Positions 48,599 to 58,507 of a stretch of DNA of 64,000 nt are shown here, one piece after another (position 1 is the stretch's first letter; each line of letters begins with the position of its first letter). The stretch is from contig OY970194.1 in assembly GCA_963708075.1 (NCBI GenBank), positions 256,001-320,000 on the forward strand, written 5' to 3'. The notes below the pieces were generated by a model. That model ran no database searches and was not told the DNA's origin. It worked only from the letters and a program-made list of their open reading frames with translations. Source of the stretch: Sedimentisphaerales bacterium (GTDB lineage Bacteria > Planctomycetota > Phycisphaerae > Sedimentisphaerales > Anaerobacaceae). The position numbers were made by a program, and so were the translations under genes.

Positions 48599-49525
48599 AT
48601 GATTGAGACCAGGAAACTGAGCAAGAATTTCGGCGATCTGGTGGCTGTGGATAACCTGGACCTGCACATCGATCCGGGGGACATCTTCGGCTTCATCGGC
48701 CCCAATGGCGCCGGCAAGACCACCACCATGCGGATTCTCGTGACGCTGCTGGAGCCGGCGAGCGGCGCGGCGTTCATCGACGGACTGGATGTCACGAAGC
48801 AGGGTAAAGACGTTCGCCGCCGGGTGGGCTACATGCCCGATTTCATGGGCGTGTACGACGACCTCAAGGTGTTCGAGTACCTCGAGTTCTTCGCGGCCGC
48901 CTTCGGCATCGAGTATCGCAAACGCGAATCCATCGTCGATGGCGTCCTGGAGCTGACCGACCTCGTATCGAAGCGAGCCGCGCCCGTGGACAGTCTCTCC
49001 CGAGGCATGCAGCAGCGCCTTGGATTGGCGCGGGTGCTGATCCACGATCCCAAAGTCCTGATCCTCGATGAGCCGGCCAGCGGGCTCGACCCCCGGGCTC
49101 GCATCGAGATCCGCGAGCTGCTCCGCGAGCTCAAGCGGATGGGCAAGACGATCATGATCTCCAGCCATATTCTCAGCGAGTTGGAGGAGATTTGCGACCG
49201 CATCGGGATCATCGAGCGAGGCCAGTTCGTGTTCAGCGGGTCCCTGGAAGAGATTCGGCCGCGACTGGGCATCCAGAGCAAAATGCGCGTCAAGGTCATC
49301 GGCGATCAGACGAGGGCGATGGAGCTGCTGACGGTTCTGCCCCAGATTCAGCAGGTGGAAGTGGTCGGCGACTACCTCTCGGTGACGTTCCGCGAGGGCG
49401 CAGAGAGCGACGGGCTCATTGCACGCACGCTGGTCAATGGCGGCCTGGACCTGGTCTACCTGCAGCCCGAACAGCTCAAACTCGACGAGGCCTTCCTCAA
49501 GCTCACCAAGGGAATCGTGCACTGA
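48599..49525 (+). CDS. ABC exporter ATP-binding protein (ABC-2 type)
   Basis: GPNGAGKT, LSRGMQQR, ILDEPASGLD, ISSH. Confidence 0.95.
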   Translation: MIETRKLSKNFGDLVAVDNLDLHIDPGDIFGFIGPNGAGKTTTMRILVTLLEPASGAAFIDGLDVTKQGKDVRRRVGYMPDFMGVYDDLKVFEYLEFFAAAFGIEYRKRESIVDGVLELTDLVSKRAAPVDSLSRGMQQRLGLARVLIHDPKVLILDEPASGLDPRARIEIRELLRELKRMGKTIMISSHILSELEEICDRIGIIERGQFVFSGSLEEIRPRLGIQSKMRVKVIGDQTRAMELLTVLPQIQQVEVVGDYLSVTFREGAESDGLIARTLVNGGLDLVYLQPEQLKLDEAFLKLTKGIVH

Positions 49526-49586
49526 GACTTCTGACACGCTCGGCGTGACGCCCTGCGGCGTCTGATCCAACGCGGACATCGAAACT

Positions 49587-49843
49587 ATGCAAGCGATGCC
49601 GACAATCAGCCTGGTGCACTTCGGCCTGCGGCAGTTGATCGGGCCCTTGTCCGATAGGGAACTGCGCGTCGCCAGTCGAAGGGTCCGCAGTTATGCGTTG
49701 CGCACCGGCTACATCGTCCTGCTGTGTATCCTCATGCTGTCGGCCTGGTATCAAATTGTCGGTCGGCCGAACGCGGGTGCGGCGTTCGGAGTCTCCCGGG
49801 CCACTGAGGTGAGCACGCAGGTGGCGGGCAGTACGTCTTTTGA
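49587..49843 (+). pseudogene. Internally deleted ABC permease paralog
   Basis: N-terminus GPLSDRELRVASRRVRSYALR matches neighbours; ends CAG TAC GTC TTT TGA (QYVF-stop) in another frame like paralog tails DVF/NVF. Confidence 0.7.
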
Positions 49844-51556
49844 ATGATCGATCAGAGGGTTATGACGGCAGCGGCGACATATCTCGGACTCCTGGTTCAG
49901 CTCCTCCAGCGGCTTGCCGGCCCAATCTTCGATAAGGAGTTGCGGGTCGCCAGTCGCCGGGTCAGGTACTACCTGCTGCGCGCCGGCTACGCCGCGGCAT
50001 TGATGTTCCTGATCATGGTGACGTGGAGTTCCACCGTGCGGACCGGCCCGGCGGTGGTCCTTGCCTCGCGGATGCCCGAGGTGGCCAAGACCGTGACGAC
50101 GGCTGTCACGTGGCTTCAGTTCCTCGCGGCCCAGGGGCTCGCGATGATTCTGCTCAGTTCCGCCATCGGCGAGGAAATCCGCAAGGGTACGCTGAGTGCG
50201 CTGCTGACGACGCCAGTGACCAGCTTTCAGATCGTCATCGGCAAGCTGCTCAGCCGGATGCTGCAGGTGTTGGTGCTGCTGGCGATGAGCCTGCCGGCAT
50301 TGGCCATCCTGCGGCTGCTTGGCGGTGTGCCCTGGGAGTACGTTCTGGCCGGAGGCTGCATCACGCTGACGACGACCCTCTTTGTGGGCGCCCTGAGCCT
50401 CTGGCTATCGACGTACTACCGCTACGGAAGCCAGGCCATCTCCGCGGCCGTGCTCCTCATCCTTGTTCTCTTCATCCTCCCATCCGCTATGCTGTACTGG
50501 ATGAGTTCGCTGGGGTTGCTGAACACGCGTGTTGGGACGTGGGCAGAGGTGGCGCCTATACTGGACCTGATCAGTCCCTTCCGTGTCTTGTACGGGACTA
50601 CAGAAGATCTGTGGTCGCCCGGCGCTTATGTGGCAGGGGCACGCGCTTCCTGGGTCCGCAACAGCCTGATCATGCTGGGCCTTACTCTGCTGCTGCTGGC
50701 GTGGACCATCCGTCGGGTCCGCAGGGCGGCGGTGATGGCGATGAGCGGTCCGAGGAAATCCGCCGGGGCCATCGTCGGCCTCGCGATCAAACGCCTTCTG
50801 TGGGATACAGGCAAGACGCCACGGCCTGTGGGGCCGATCAAGCACGTCACGGGATCGCCGGTGATGTGGAAGGAGACCCGCCGGGGCTGGCTGTACGGCT
50901 GGAGCCTCAGCGACATCGCGATTTGCTGCATCGCCCTGGCGGCCGTCGTCGTTCCCATTCTTGTCCTCGATCTTGTCGGATCCGAGCCGGCGGCAGGTTT
51001 GGGAACGTTCATCGCCTGGTGCCTATCCGTCTTCCTGGTGATCCGCCTGGCTGTCGAGTGTGCGGGCAACGTGCCACGGGAACGAGAGGCACGGACTTGG
51101 CCTATCCTGCTGATGACATCACTGGAGGACCGGGAGATCGTTTATGGAAAGGCCAAAGCGGCGTTGTTGCGCAACTCGCCTTTCCTGATCACGCCGGCAG
51201 CGATCATTCTCTTCCTCTTTGCCATGTTCCCACGGGCTGAGATCCTGTTCTTTGCAGGCTGGGGCCTGGTGTCGCAGGTGGCGTCGATCCTGCTTGCCAT
51301 TGGAATCGGCTCATACTTCGGTGTTACCGTCAAAACCCGGATGAGCGCGGTGGTGGCGACCGTAGCCCTCTGTCTGACCGTGAAATATGGTATTGGGTGG
51401 ATGTTCATCCCCATGGCCGGGGTGATTGGGATGAGCGTCGGAGGCGGTGTGTGGGCCTTCTTTCTCGGGATGATCGTTCCGTGCGTGATCCATGCCACCA
51501 TCGGCGTGGCGGCCATCCGGGTCGCCGCCCAGCGCGTGAGACACGATGTCTTTTGA
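49844..51556 (+). CDS. ABC-2 type permease paralog 1 (duplicated permease domain)
   Basis: GPIFDKELRVASRR, IGEEIRKGTLSALLTTP, PVMWKE, EREARTWPILLMT. Confidence 0.88.
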   Translation: MIDQRVMTAAATYLGLLVQLLQRLAGPIFDKELRVASRRVRYYLLRAGYAAALMFLIMVTWSSTVRTGPAVVLASRMPEVAKTVTTAVTWLQFLAAQGLAMILLSSAIGEEIRKGTLSALLTTPVTSFQIVIGKLLSRMLQVLVLLAMSLPALAILRLLGGVPWEYVLAGGCITLTTTLFVGALSLWLSTYYRYGSQAISAAVLLILVLFILPSAMLYWMSSLGLLNTRVGTWAEVAPILDLISPFRVLYGTTEDLWSPGAYVAGARASWVRNSLIMLGLTLLLLAWTIRRVRRAAVMAMSGPRKSAGAIVGLAIKRLLWDTGKTPRPVGPIKHVTGSPVMWKETRRGWLYGWSLSDIAICCIALAAVVVPILVLDLVGSEPAAGLGTFIAWCLSVFLVIRLAVECAGNVPREREARTWPILLMTSLEDREIVYGKAKAALLRNSPFLITPAAIILFLFAMFPRAEILFFAGWGLVSQVASILLAIGIGSYFGVTVKTRMSAVVATVALCLTVKYGIGWMFIPMAGVIGMSVGGGVWAFFLGMIVPCVIHATIGVAAIRVAAQRVRHDVF

Positions 51557-53375
51557 GCAGAGGATGCTGAGTATGGCGGTGCATCTGACACATTCGTGGA
51601 GGAGCGCCCTCGGGCTCGGCTGGGTGACCAGCCCCGTCTTCGGCAACGACTTGCGGGTCGCCAGCCGGCGAAGGCGGAGCTATGCGCTGCGCTTTGGCTA
51701 CGTGACAATTCTGGGCCTGCTTATCGTCATCATGTGTGGGCAAGTCCTGGGGCGGTACAGGTCGGGGGCCAACGTGCAGGCGCAGATGGCCGAGGCAGGC
51801 AAGTTCATCACGGCGGTCATCGTGTGGTTTCAGTTCCTGGCCCTTCCACTGGTGGCCATAGTCGTGACGAGCACGGCCATCAGCGAGGAGGTCAACAGCC
51901 GAACGCTCGCTGTCCTGATGACGACGCCTCTGAGCAGCCGGCAGCTTGTGAACGGCAAGCTCCTCGGGCGATTGTCGCAGATCCTGTTCCTGGCAGCCAC
52001 GAGCCTGCCCCTGCTGGCCATCGTCCGCATCCTTGGCGGTGTCGCCTGGACCTTCTTGCTGCAGGGCTTGTGCATCACGCTGGCGAGCACGATCTTCGCG
52101 GCGTCCGTCAGCCTGTTCTTCTCTACCTTGTGTCGCAGGGCCTACACGGTGGTCCTGTGGAGCGTCGTAAGCATCGGCTTTCTCTTCGTCGTCGTGCCTT
52201 TTATTGGTTTCGTACTGCTTGGCGGTGATGCCTCAAACAGAGTGGTCGACACGGTCTTTCCTTTCACGCATCCCGGCGCACTGCTGGCTCGCTGCACCGA
52301 ATACATGTTGTCTCCCCGTGGGAGCAGGTTCGTGTCCTTCGCGTGGATGGTCCCATGTCTCCTGTTTCTCTTGTGCAGCGCCTGGGCTTTGCGGTCTTCG
52401 TCGGTCCGGCTGGTGCGCCAGGTGGCCCTGCGGCGGGCAATGGGAGAGCCAACGTTCCTGACCTACCTGCGTCGCACCGGTCCGGGAGTTGAGCCGGTCG
52501 AGAGCGCGCGTGCGAGCAGCACACGTCACATCCGCCGGGTGATCGGTCCGCCCATGATCTGGAAGGAACTCGTTTGCTCGCTCTCGCGCCGCCAGAGATT
52601 GGCGGCGACACTGACGGTCGGGCTGGAGATCATGTTGCTCTTCATTGCGTACACATTCGTCGCCGTTATGGCGGTGATGGGGTATGAGGGTACGCATCTG
52701 CTGTATGTCTCGATATTCCTGGCTCTGGCGGTACTTTTTACCGTCGTCACTTCGGCGACTCTCATCAGCACGGAAAGGGAGGCTCGCACATGGCCGCTGC
52801 TGCTGATGACGCCGTTGCGGGACAGGGACATCCTCGCGGGCAAGTTCGCCGGTGTGGCTCGGCGGTGTGGACCCATCTGGCTGCCTCTGATGGCCTACGT
52901 CGTGCTGTTCACCCTGGCGCACGCCTTCCATCCTCTGGCCATCCCGCAGATCCTCGCGCTGAGTGTCAGCCTTTTCTTCTTTCTGGGCTGCACGGGACTG
53001 TACCTGAGCTCCCGGACCAGGCGGACCACGACGGCCGTTACCGCTCACGTAGTCCTGATCGGTGGTCTCTGGCTGGTCCTGCCGATTGGGGCATTCGTTG
53101 CTGCAAATGTGCTCGATGAGATGGGCCTGATTCAGGTCAATCCCTTCAAGGTCTCGGAGGACGCGTCTCGTTTTGTCCCCTTCATGCAGGGATTTGTGCT
53201 TGTCCGTACGCTGCTCGATGGCGACCCAAGCACTTTTGAATGGGCAGGCTTGCGGGGCGCCTGGGGGTTCCTGTGCATGGTGATGATCGTGGCCGGCAGC
53301 TACGTCCTGGTCGGACTCCTGTTCGTCAGCCGTGCCATGAAGGCGTTCCGACGTACGGCTTTGGATGTGCGTTGA
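51546..53375 (+). CDS. ABC-2 type permease paralog 2
   Basis: PVFGNDLRVASRRRRSY, ISEEVNSRTLAVLMTTP, PMIWKE, EREARTWPLLLMTP. Confidence 0.88.
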   Translation: MSFEQRMLSMAVHLTHSWRSALGLGWVTSPVFGNDLRVASRRRRSYALRFGYVTILGLLIVIMCGQVLGRYRSGANVQAQMAEAGKFITAVIVWFQFLALPLVAIVVTSTAISEEVNSRTLAVLMTTPLSSRQLVNGKLLGRLSQILFLAATSLPLLAIVRILGGVAWTFLLQGLCITLASTIFAASVSLFFSTLCRRAYTVVLWSVVSIGFLFVVVPFIGFVLLGGDASNRVVDTVFPFTHPGALLARCTEYMLSPRGSRFVSFAWMVPCLLFLLCSAWALRSSSVRLVRQVALRRAMGEPTFLTYLRRTGPGVEPVESARASSTRHIRRVIGPPMIWKELVCSLSRRQRLAATLTVGLEIMLLFIAYTFVAVMAVMGYEGTHLLYVSIFLALAVLFTVVTSATLISTEREARTWPLLLMTPLRDRDILAGKFAGVARRCGPIWLPLMAYVVLFTLAHAFHPLAIPQILALSVSLFFFLGCTGLYLSSRTRRTTTAVTAHVVLIGGLWLVLPIGAFVAANVLDEMGLIQVNPFKVSEDASRFVPFMQGFVLVRTLLDGDPSTFEWAGLRGAWGFLCMVMIVAGSYVLVGLLFVSRAMKAFRRTALDVR

Positions 53376-55198
53376 TGAATATGAGCATGCCAATTCCATG
53401 GCGGAGAGTGTATCAGCCGGGGTGGCTCACGGGACCCATCTTCGACAAGGAGCTGCGGGTCTCCAGCCGACGGCGGCGAAACTACGCCCTGCGGTTCTTC
53501 TACATCCTGCTGCTGACGGCGTTCATCGGCATGGTGTGGCTGGCCGTCGTGCCCATCTCCGGCAATGCGGTGTACGCCCAGTCCAACATGGCGGTCGCGG
53601 GCAGGCAGATCGTTATGACCATCGTGTTGTTTCAATTCATCGCGATGCAGCTTCTGGCGATCATCATGCTGAGCACCGCCATCAGCGATGAAGTATATCA
53701 CCGCACGCTCGGACTGTTGATGACCACGCCGATCAGCGGCCTTCAGATCGTCATGGGCAAGCTTCTGAGCAAGCTGCTGCAATTGGTCCTGCTGCTCGGC
53801 ATCAGCTTGCCGGTCCTGGCGATCGTGCGGGTCCTCGGCGGGGTTTCCTGGGACTACCTGCTGTCGAGTCTGTGTGTGACGTTGACCGCCGCGATCTTCG
53901 CGGGCTCAGTGAGCCTGCTGTTCTCGGTCAGGAACCGGTTCGCGTACGGTGTGATCATTCGGACCATGTTCACGCTGGCCTGTCTTTACATCATCCTGCT
54001 GCCTTCGCTGCTCGGGCTGGCCCGCTCTTTCCTGCTGGGGAACCTCCGCATCCCCAGCCGGATACCGCAGACACCGCTCATCACCTCGCTGACCAGCATC
54101 AACCCCATCTCAAGCATGTTCGAACTCACCCGGCAGATGTTCTCTCCTGCTGGCCCGTCGCTGTTTTCTCTCCCGTTGCACTGTGGCCTGATGCTCGGCG
54201 CGTCCGCCCTTGTCCTGACTTGGGCGGTGGCTCGCGTCCGCCATGTCGCTCTACGGCAGGCCACCGGGCAACTGCTGGAATGGGAACCGGGACGCAGGAA
54301 ACGCGGCGCGAACACGGCACCGGTCTTCAGAGATTCCGTCCGGCGGGTCCAGGGGCCGCCCGTGGTTTGGCGGGAGTTGCGAGCGCCGTTCATCCGGGGC
54401 GTCGATAGCAGGAACAGCCGCATCGGTCTGGCCGCGACCATCCTGGCCTTGCTGCTGACCTATATGTCGTCTCTGTCCGGGGGATATCTCGACGACGATT
54501 TCACCCATGTCTCGTATGCCATGCTCTTCGTCTTTCTGGGGGTGGCCTTCAATGTGGTCTTTTCCGCGACGCGGATCACGACGGAGAAAGAATCGCAGAG
54601 CTGGCCGATACTGCTGGTGTCGTCGCTGAGCGACTATGACATTCTCATGGGCAAGGCCGTCAGTGCGTTCCGGCGGTGCCTGCCGATTTGGGGGTTGCTG
54701 GCTGGGCATGTCGTGCTGTTCGTGCTGATCGGATACATTCATCCGGCGGCCATCATTCACCTGCTGATCGTGGTGGCTTGGGTGACCTGCTTCATCACGG
54801 GGGCGGGACTCTACTTCAGCGCCCGTTTTCGCCATACGACCGCGGCCGTGGTCGCGACTTTCTCGCTGATGCTTGGATTGTGGGCGGTCGGGCCGATCGT
54901 GGCGGGAATGCTGGGCATGGCCACCGAACGCGAGAGCATACTTGTAGACTCCATGTTGGTCAATCCGATGGTGCAGGCCGAGTTGGTCATGGCCGGTGCG
55001 GCGGGTAATCGCAGCGCCGGCCTGCCGTTCTCCTCGCTCGAATACGGTGCGGAGCGAGTGATCTTCGACCTGACTCGTGGAATGTGGGGCTTCGGCCGGA
55101 TGACGGCCATCCTGTTGATCACAGCCGGTCTCTACATGCTTGTCGGTCTGCTGTTCTTCTGGCGGGCCAAACGCCGGCTGCGGCAAAATGTCTTTTGA
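53375..55198 (+). CDS. ABC-2 type permease paralog 3
   Basis: GPIFDKELRVSSRRRRNY, ISDEVYHRTLGLLMTTP, PVVWRE; TGATG overlap with previous stop. Confidence 0.88.
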   Translation: MNMSMPIPWRRVYQPGWLTGPIFDKELRVSSRRRRNYALRFFYILLLTAFIGMVWLAVVPISGNAVYAQSNMAVAGRQIVMTIVLFQFIAMQLLAIIMLSTAISDEVYHRTLGLLMTTPISGLQIVMGKLLSKLLQLVLLLGISLPVLAIVRVLGGVSWDYLLSSLCVTLTAAIFAGSVSLLFSVRNRFAYGVIIRTMFTLACLYIILLPSLLGLARSFLLGNLRIPSRIPQTPLITSLTSINPISSMFELTRQMFSPAGPSLFSLPLHCGLMLGASALVLTWAVARVRHVALRQATGQLLEWEPGRRKRGANTAPVFRDSVRRVQGPPVVWRELRAPFIRGVDSRNSRIGLAATILALLLTYMSSLSGGYLDDDFTHVSYAMLFVFLGVAFNVVFSATRITTEKESQSWPILLVSSLSDYDILMGKAVSAFRRCLPIWGLLAGHVVLFVLIGYIHPAAIIHLLIVVAWVTCFITGAGLYFSARFRHTTAAVVATFSLMLGLWAVGPIVAGMLGMATERESILVDSMLVNPMVQAELVMAGAAGNRSAGLPFSSLEYGAERVIFDLTRGMWGFGRMTAILLITAGLYMLVGLLFFWRAKRRLRQNVF

Positions 55199-55265
55199 TG
55201 CCTTCGGGCTGTTCGGGTATGCTATGCTGCGTGAAATGTGACGCGTGTGGAGATGGTCAGAGCGT

Positions 55266-57059
55266 ATGGTGAATCAGGCTGAGGCGATTTCAGGGGCAGC
55301 GGCAAGCCGGGCACGGAATTCGCTGCTCCAATGCCTGGTACGGATCGTCGGCTTCTCATGGCTGACGGGACCGATCTTCGATAAGGAGCTTCGGGTCTCC
55401 AGCCGGCGCCGACGCAACTACGTGCTGCGCTTCCTGTACGTGACCTTCTTCATGGCGGTGCTGTCTCTGTTCTGGCGGGAAGCCGTGGCGCATCGCACCA
55501 CGTCGCTGTACCAGATCTCCCGCATGGCCGAGGCGGGGCGGAATATCATCATGTTCGTCGTATGGTTCCAGTTCCTCGCATCGCAGGCCGTCGCAGTCGT
55601 CATGCTGAGTGCGTCGATCAGCGATGAGATCTACAAGCGGACGCTCGGGGTGCTCATGACGACGCCCATCGGAAGTCTCCAGATCATCCTGGGCAAGCTG
55701 CTGAGCAAGCTGTTGCAAACGGTCCTGCTGCTGGCGATCACGCTGCCGCTGCTGGTGATCGTTCGTGTGTTCGGCGGCGTGCCGTGGGATTTCCTGGTCG
55801 CCAGCTCATGCGTGACGATGACGACCGTCCTGTTCGTCGGCTCTCTGAGCCTGTTCTTCTCCATCTTTACCCGCCGTGCGTACGTAGTGATTATCATGAC
55901 AGCCTTGACGCTGGGGATAGTCTTTGCCCTGTTTCCATTCATCGTGGCGTTCCTGATGCATGACGTCATCGCCCCAGGGGCGTTCTTCGATCTGCTGACC
56001 TACGTGAATCCGTACGTGCTGATGGCAAAGGCGACCACTGCGCTGCAATCGGCGCGATCGATGCGATTTGTAAACTGGCCGATCCACTGTGCGATCATGT
56101 CGGGGGCCTCGGTGTTTCTGCTGCTGCTCTCGATGATTCTTGTCCGCAAGGCCGCTCTGCGGCAGGCGGCGGGGCAGAGCGGACTCTGGTCGCCCCGAGG
56201 CAGGTCGCTGGAGGACTCCGCCCGAGCCGGACGCATTCGCCGTGTGGTGGGTTCGCCCGTGCTCTGGAAAGAGCGGAGGGTGCCTCTTCTGGGCAGACGC
56301 AAACTGGGCATGATCGTCGCTTTGCTTGGGGCTCTCGGCCTGCTCGGCACGACGTATATTCTCTGCGCGAAGCAGGGCATGCTGACGGATGCCGAAGTCC
56401 AGGCCAGCTACATCGTCATTTTCCTCCTCCTCGGCACGCTGTTCACCACAGTTCTGCCGGCCACATGCATCACATCGGAGAAGGAGTCGCAGACGTGGCT
56501 GCTCCTGCTGACTACGGCGATCAGTGACTGGGAGATCGTCTGGGGCAAGTTCCTGGGCGTTGTGCGCCGGTGTCTGCCGGCATGGCTGTTCCTGCTCGGC
56601 CACGTGATGCTGTTTGCGCTGGCGGGAATCATCCATCCCATAGGGGCAGTTCAACTGGGGATTCTCGTGGCCTGGGTTGTGTTCTTCCTGTCGGGCACCG
56701 GCTTGTACTTCAGCTCGCGTTTTCGCCACACGACCACGGCTGTGATCGCCAATGTGGCCCTGGCGGCGGGCCTGTGGGCATTCGTTCCTTTGGTGCTGGG
56801 CATCGGGCTGTCGATCGCCGCAGTCGGCGAAGACATGCTGGGGGTGTACCTGGACATGAACCCGGTCGTCCATGCCGTGGTTATTACGGACGCAACGTCC
56901 AGGAGCGGGGGAGTGGCCTCGTACAATTGGATTCAGGGCGGCATCTCCGACGTGGGCGAGGCCACCGGCTGGATCCTGCTTAACTTCGTTCTCTACGTGG
57001 TGGTCGGCCTGGCATTCATCGCGCGTGCGGGGGCACGCGTCCGGCGCAATCCTCTTTGA
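55266..57059 (+). CDS. ABC-2 type permease paralog 4
   Basis: GPIFDKELRVSSRRRRNY, ISDEIYKRTLGVLMTTP, PVLWKE, EKESQTWLLLLTT. Confidence 0.88.
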   Translation: MVNQAEAISGAAASRARNSLLQCLVRIVGFSWLTGPIFDKELRVSSRRRRNYVLRFLYVTFFMAVLSLFWREAVAHRTTSLYQISRMAEAGRNIIMFVVWFQFLASQAVAVVMLSASISDEIYKRTLGVLMTTPIGSLQIILGKLLSKLLQTVLLLAITLPLLVIVRVFGGVPWDFLVASSCVTMTTVLFVGSLSLFFSIFTRRAYVVIIMTALTLGIVFALFPFIVAFLMHDVIAPGAFFDLLTYVNPYVLMAKATTALQSARSMRFVNWPIHCAIMSGASVFLLLLSMILVRKAALRQAAGQSGLWSPRGRSLEDSARAGRIRRVVGSPVLWKERRVPLLGRRKLGMIVALLGALGLLGTTYILCAKQGMLTDAEVQASYIVIFLLLGTLFTTVLPATCITSEKESQTWLLLLTTAISDWEIVWGKFLGVVRRCLPAWLFLLGHVMLFALAGIIHPIGAVQLGILVAWVVFFLSGTGLYFSSRFRHTTTAVIANVALAAGLWAFVPLVLGIGLSIAAVGEDMLGVYLDMNPVVHAVVITDATSRSGGVASYNWIQGGISDVGEATGWILLNFVLYVVVGLAFIARAGARVRRNPL

Positions 57060-57065
57060 CGTATG

Positions 57066-57320
57066 AGTGGAGTTCTGCAAAATGGAAGTTGGGCTTATTA
57101 TTCAAGGAAATCGGCTTTTGGATTTCCTTGAATCGACAAGCCATTTATGCGTGTTACACACCCCGCGCCGGTCTGTCTTGCTGCGTGTAGCAAGCCGATT
57201 TCCCTTGCTTCGCAGAGTGCGTATTATGCACCATTGGCGTCTGTTATCGGAGAAGGAAAAATGAAAGTCGCATTTTTCCTTCTCCAAGTAAGCCCAACTT
57301 CCATTTTGCAAAACTCCACC
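57066..57320. mobile_element. 255-bp MITE with 31-bp TIRs and 4-bp target duplication
   Basis: TIRs 57067-57097 and 57289-57319 (30/31); TATG at 57062-65 and 57321-24; internal perfect 13-bp and 15-bp hairpins. Confidence 0.9.
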
Positions 57321-57321
57321 T

Positions 57322-58431
57322 ATGGCATCTATCTCACTGGGAAATGTCACCAAGGTCTTTGACCATAGCGTCGCGGCCGTCTCCAATCTGAACCTGGAGG
57401 TCCGGGACGGCGAACTCATGGTGCTCGCCGGGCCGAGCGGCTGCGGCAAGACGACAACTCTGTCATTGATCGCAGGGCTGGAAAGCCCGACATCGGGCGA
57501 GATCCGAATCGCCGACCGGGTTGTCACTATGCTGTCCCCGAGGCAGCGTGATGTGGCGATGGTCTTCCAGGATGGCGCCCTGTATCCTCACATGAGCGTC
57601 TATGACAATCTGGCCTTTGCCTTGCGGATGCGCGGGCTCGCCGCACCGGAGGTGGAACGCCGCGTCAAGACAGCGGCCGAGATGCTCGGCATCACCGGCT
57701 TGATGAATCGCAGACCTGCGGCCCTGTCCGGCGGGCAGCGGCAACGCGTGGCCCTGGGCCGGGCGATCGTGCGCGAGCCGGCCGCCTTCCTCCTCGATGA
57801 GCCGCTGACCGGCCTGGATGCCGGCCTTCGCCTCGCGATGCGCCGTGAGATCAAGAGTCTTCAGCAGAGGCTTCGGATCACCACCGTCTACGTGACGCAT
57901 GACCAGTCCGAGGCGATGGCGCTCGGCGAGCGGATGTGCGTGCTGCGGGATGGGCGGGTGCAGCAGGTGGGCCCGCCGGATGAGATCTATGCCCGGCCGG
58001 CAAACCGCTTTGTCGCCGGCTTTTTCGGCACACCCGCGATGAACTTCCTCGCCGGCCGCCTCCAATCACGAGACGGGGCGCCGGTCGTCGATCTCCAAGG
58101 CCAGGCACTCTATGTACGCTCCCACCTGACCGCATGCCTCCGGGACTACCGAAAGGAGACCATCGTCGCCGGTGTGCGACCTCATGATCTGTCCCTTGAG
58201 CCATTCGCCGGCCGCGTGACTGACACGCTCCACGGCAAAGTAGCCCAGATCGAGCCGCTGGGCGCGCAGACGAACGTGCATGTGGACCTCGCCTGCGGCC
58301 AATCATGCGTTGTCGCTGCATCACCTCGGACCGGAGTGATTGTGGGCGATGACGTTCAGGTGTACGTCCACCGGGATGAGGTGCAGTTGTTCGAGGACGA
58401 TGAAACCGGCAGAAACATCATGTGCCGCTGA
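57322..58431 (+). CDS. ABC importer ATP-binding protein, MalK/UgpC-like with TOBE domain
   Basis: GPSGCGKT, RDVAMVFQ, LSGGQRQR, LLDEP, YVTHDQ, PANRFVAGF. Confidence 0.93.
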   Translation: MASISLGNVTKVFDHSVAAVSNLNLEVRDGELMVLAGPSGCGKTTTLSLIAGLESPTSGEIRIADRVVTMLSPRQRDVAMVFQDGALYPHMSVYDNLAFALRMRGLAAPEVERRVKTAAEMLGITGLMNRRPAALSGGQRQRVALGRAIVREPAAFLLDEPLTGLDAGLRLAMRREIKSLQQRLRITTVYVTHDQSEAMALGERMCVLRDGRVQQVGPPDEIYARPANRFVAGFFGTPAMNFLAGRLQSRDGAPVVDLQGQALYVRSHLTACLRDYRKETIVAGVRPHDLSLEPFAGRVTDTLHGKVAQIEPLGAQTNVHVDLACGQSCVVAASPRTGVIVGDDVQVYVHRDEVQLFEDDETGRNIMCR

Positions 58432-58507
58432 ATGTTGAATTCAGGGACGTGATCGGCTACCTTGTTCTGCAAAACCGATGGTTTCAACAGATATGGAGGT
58501 ACCAACC

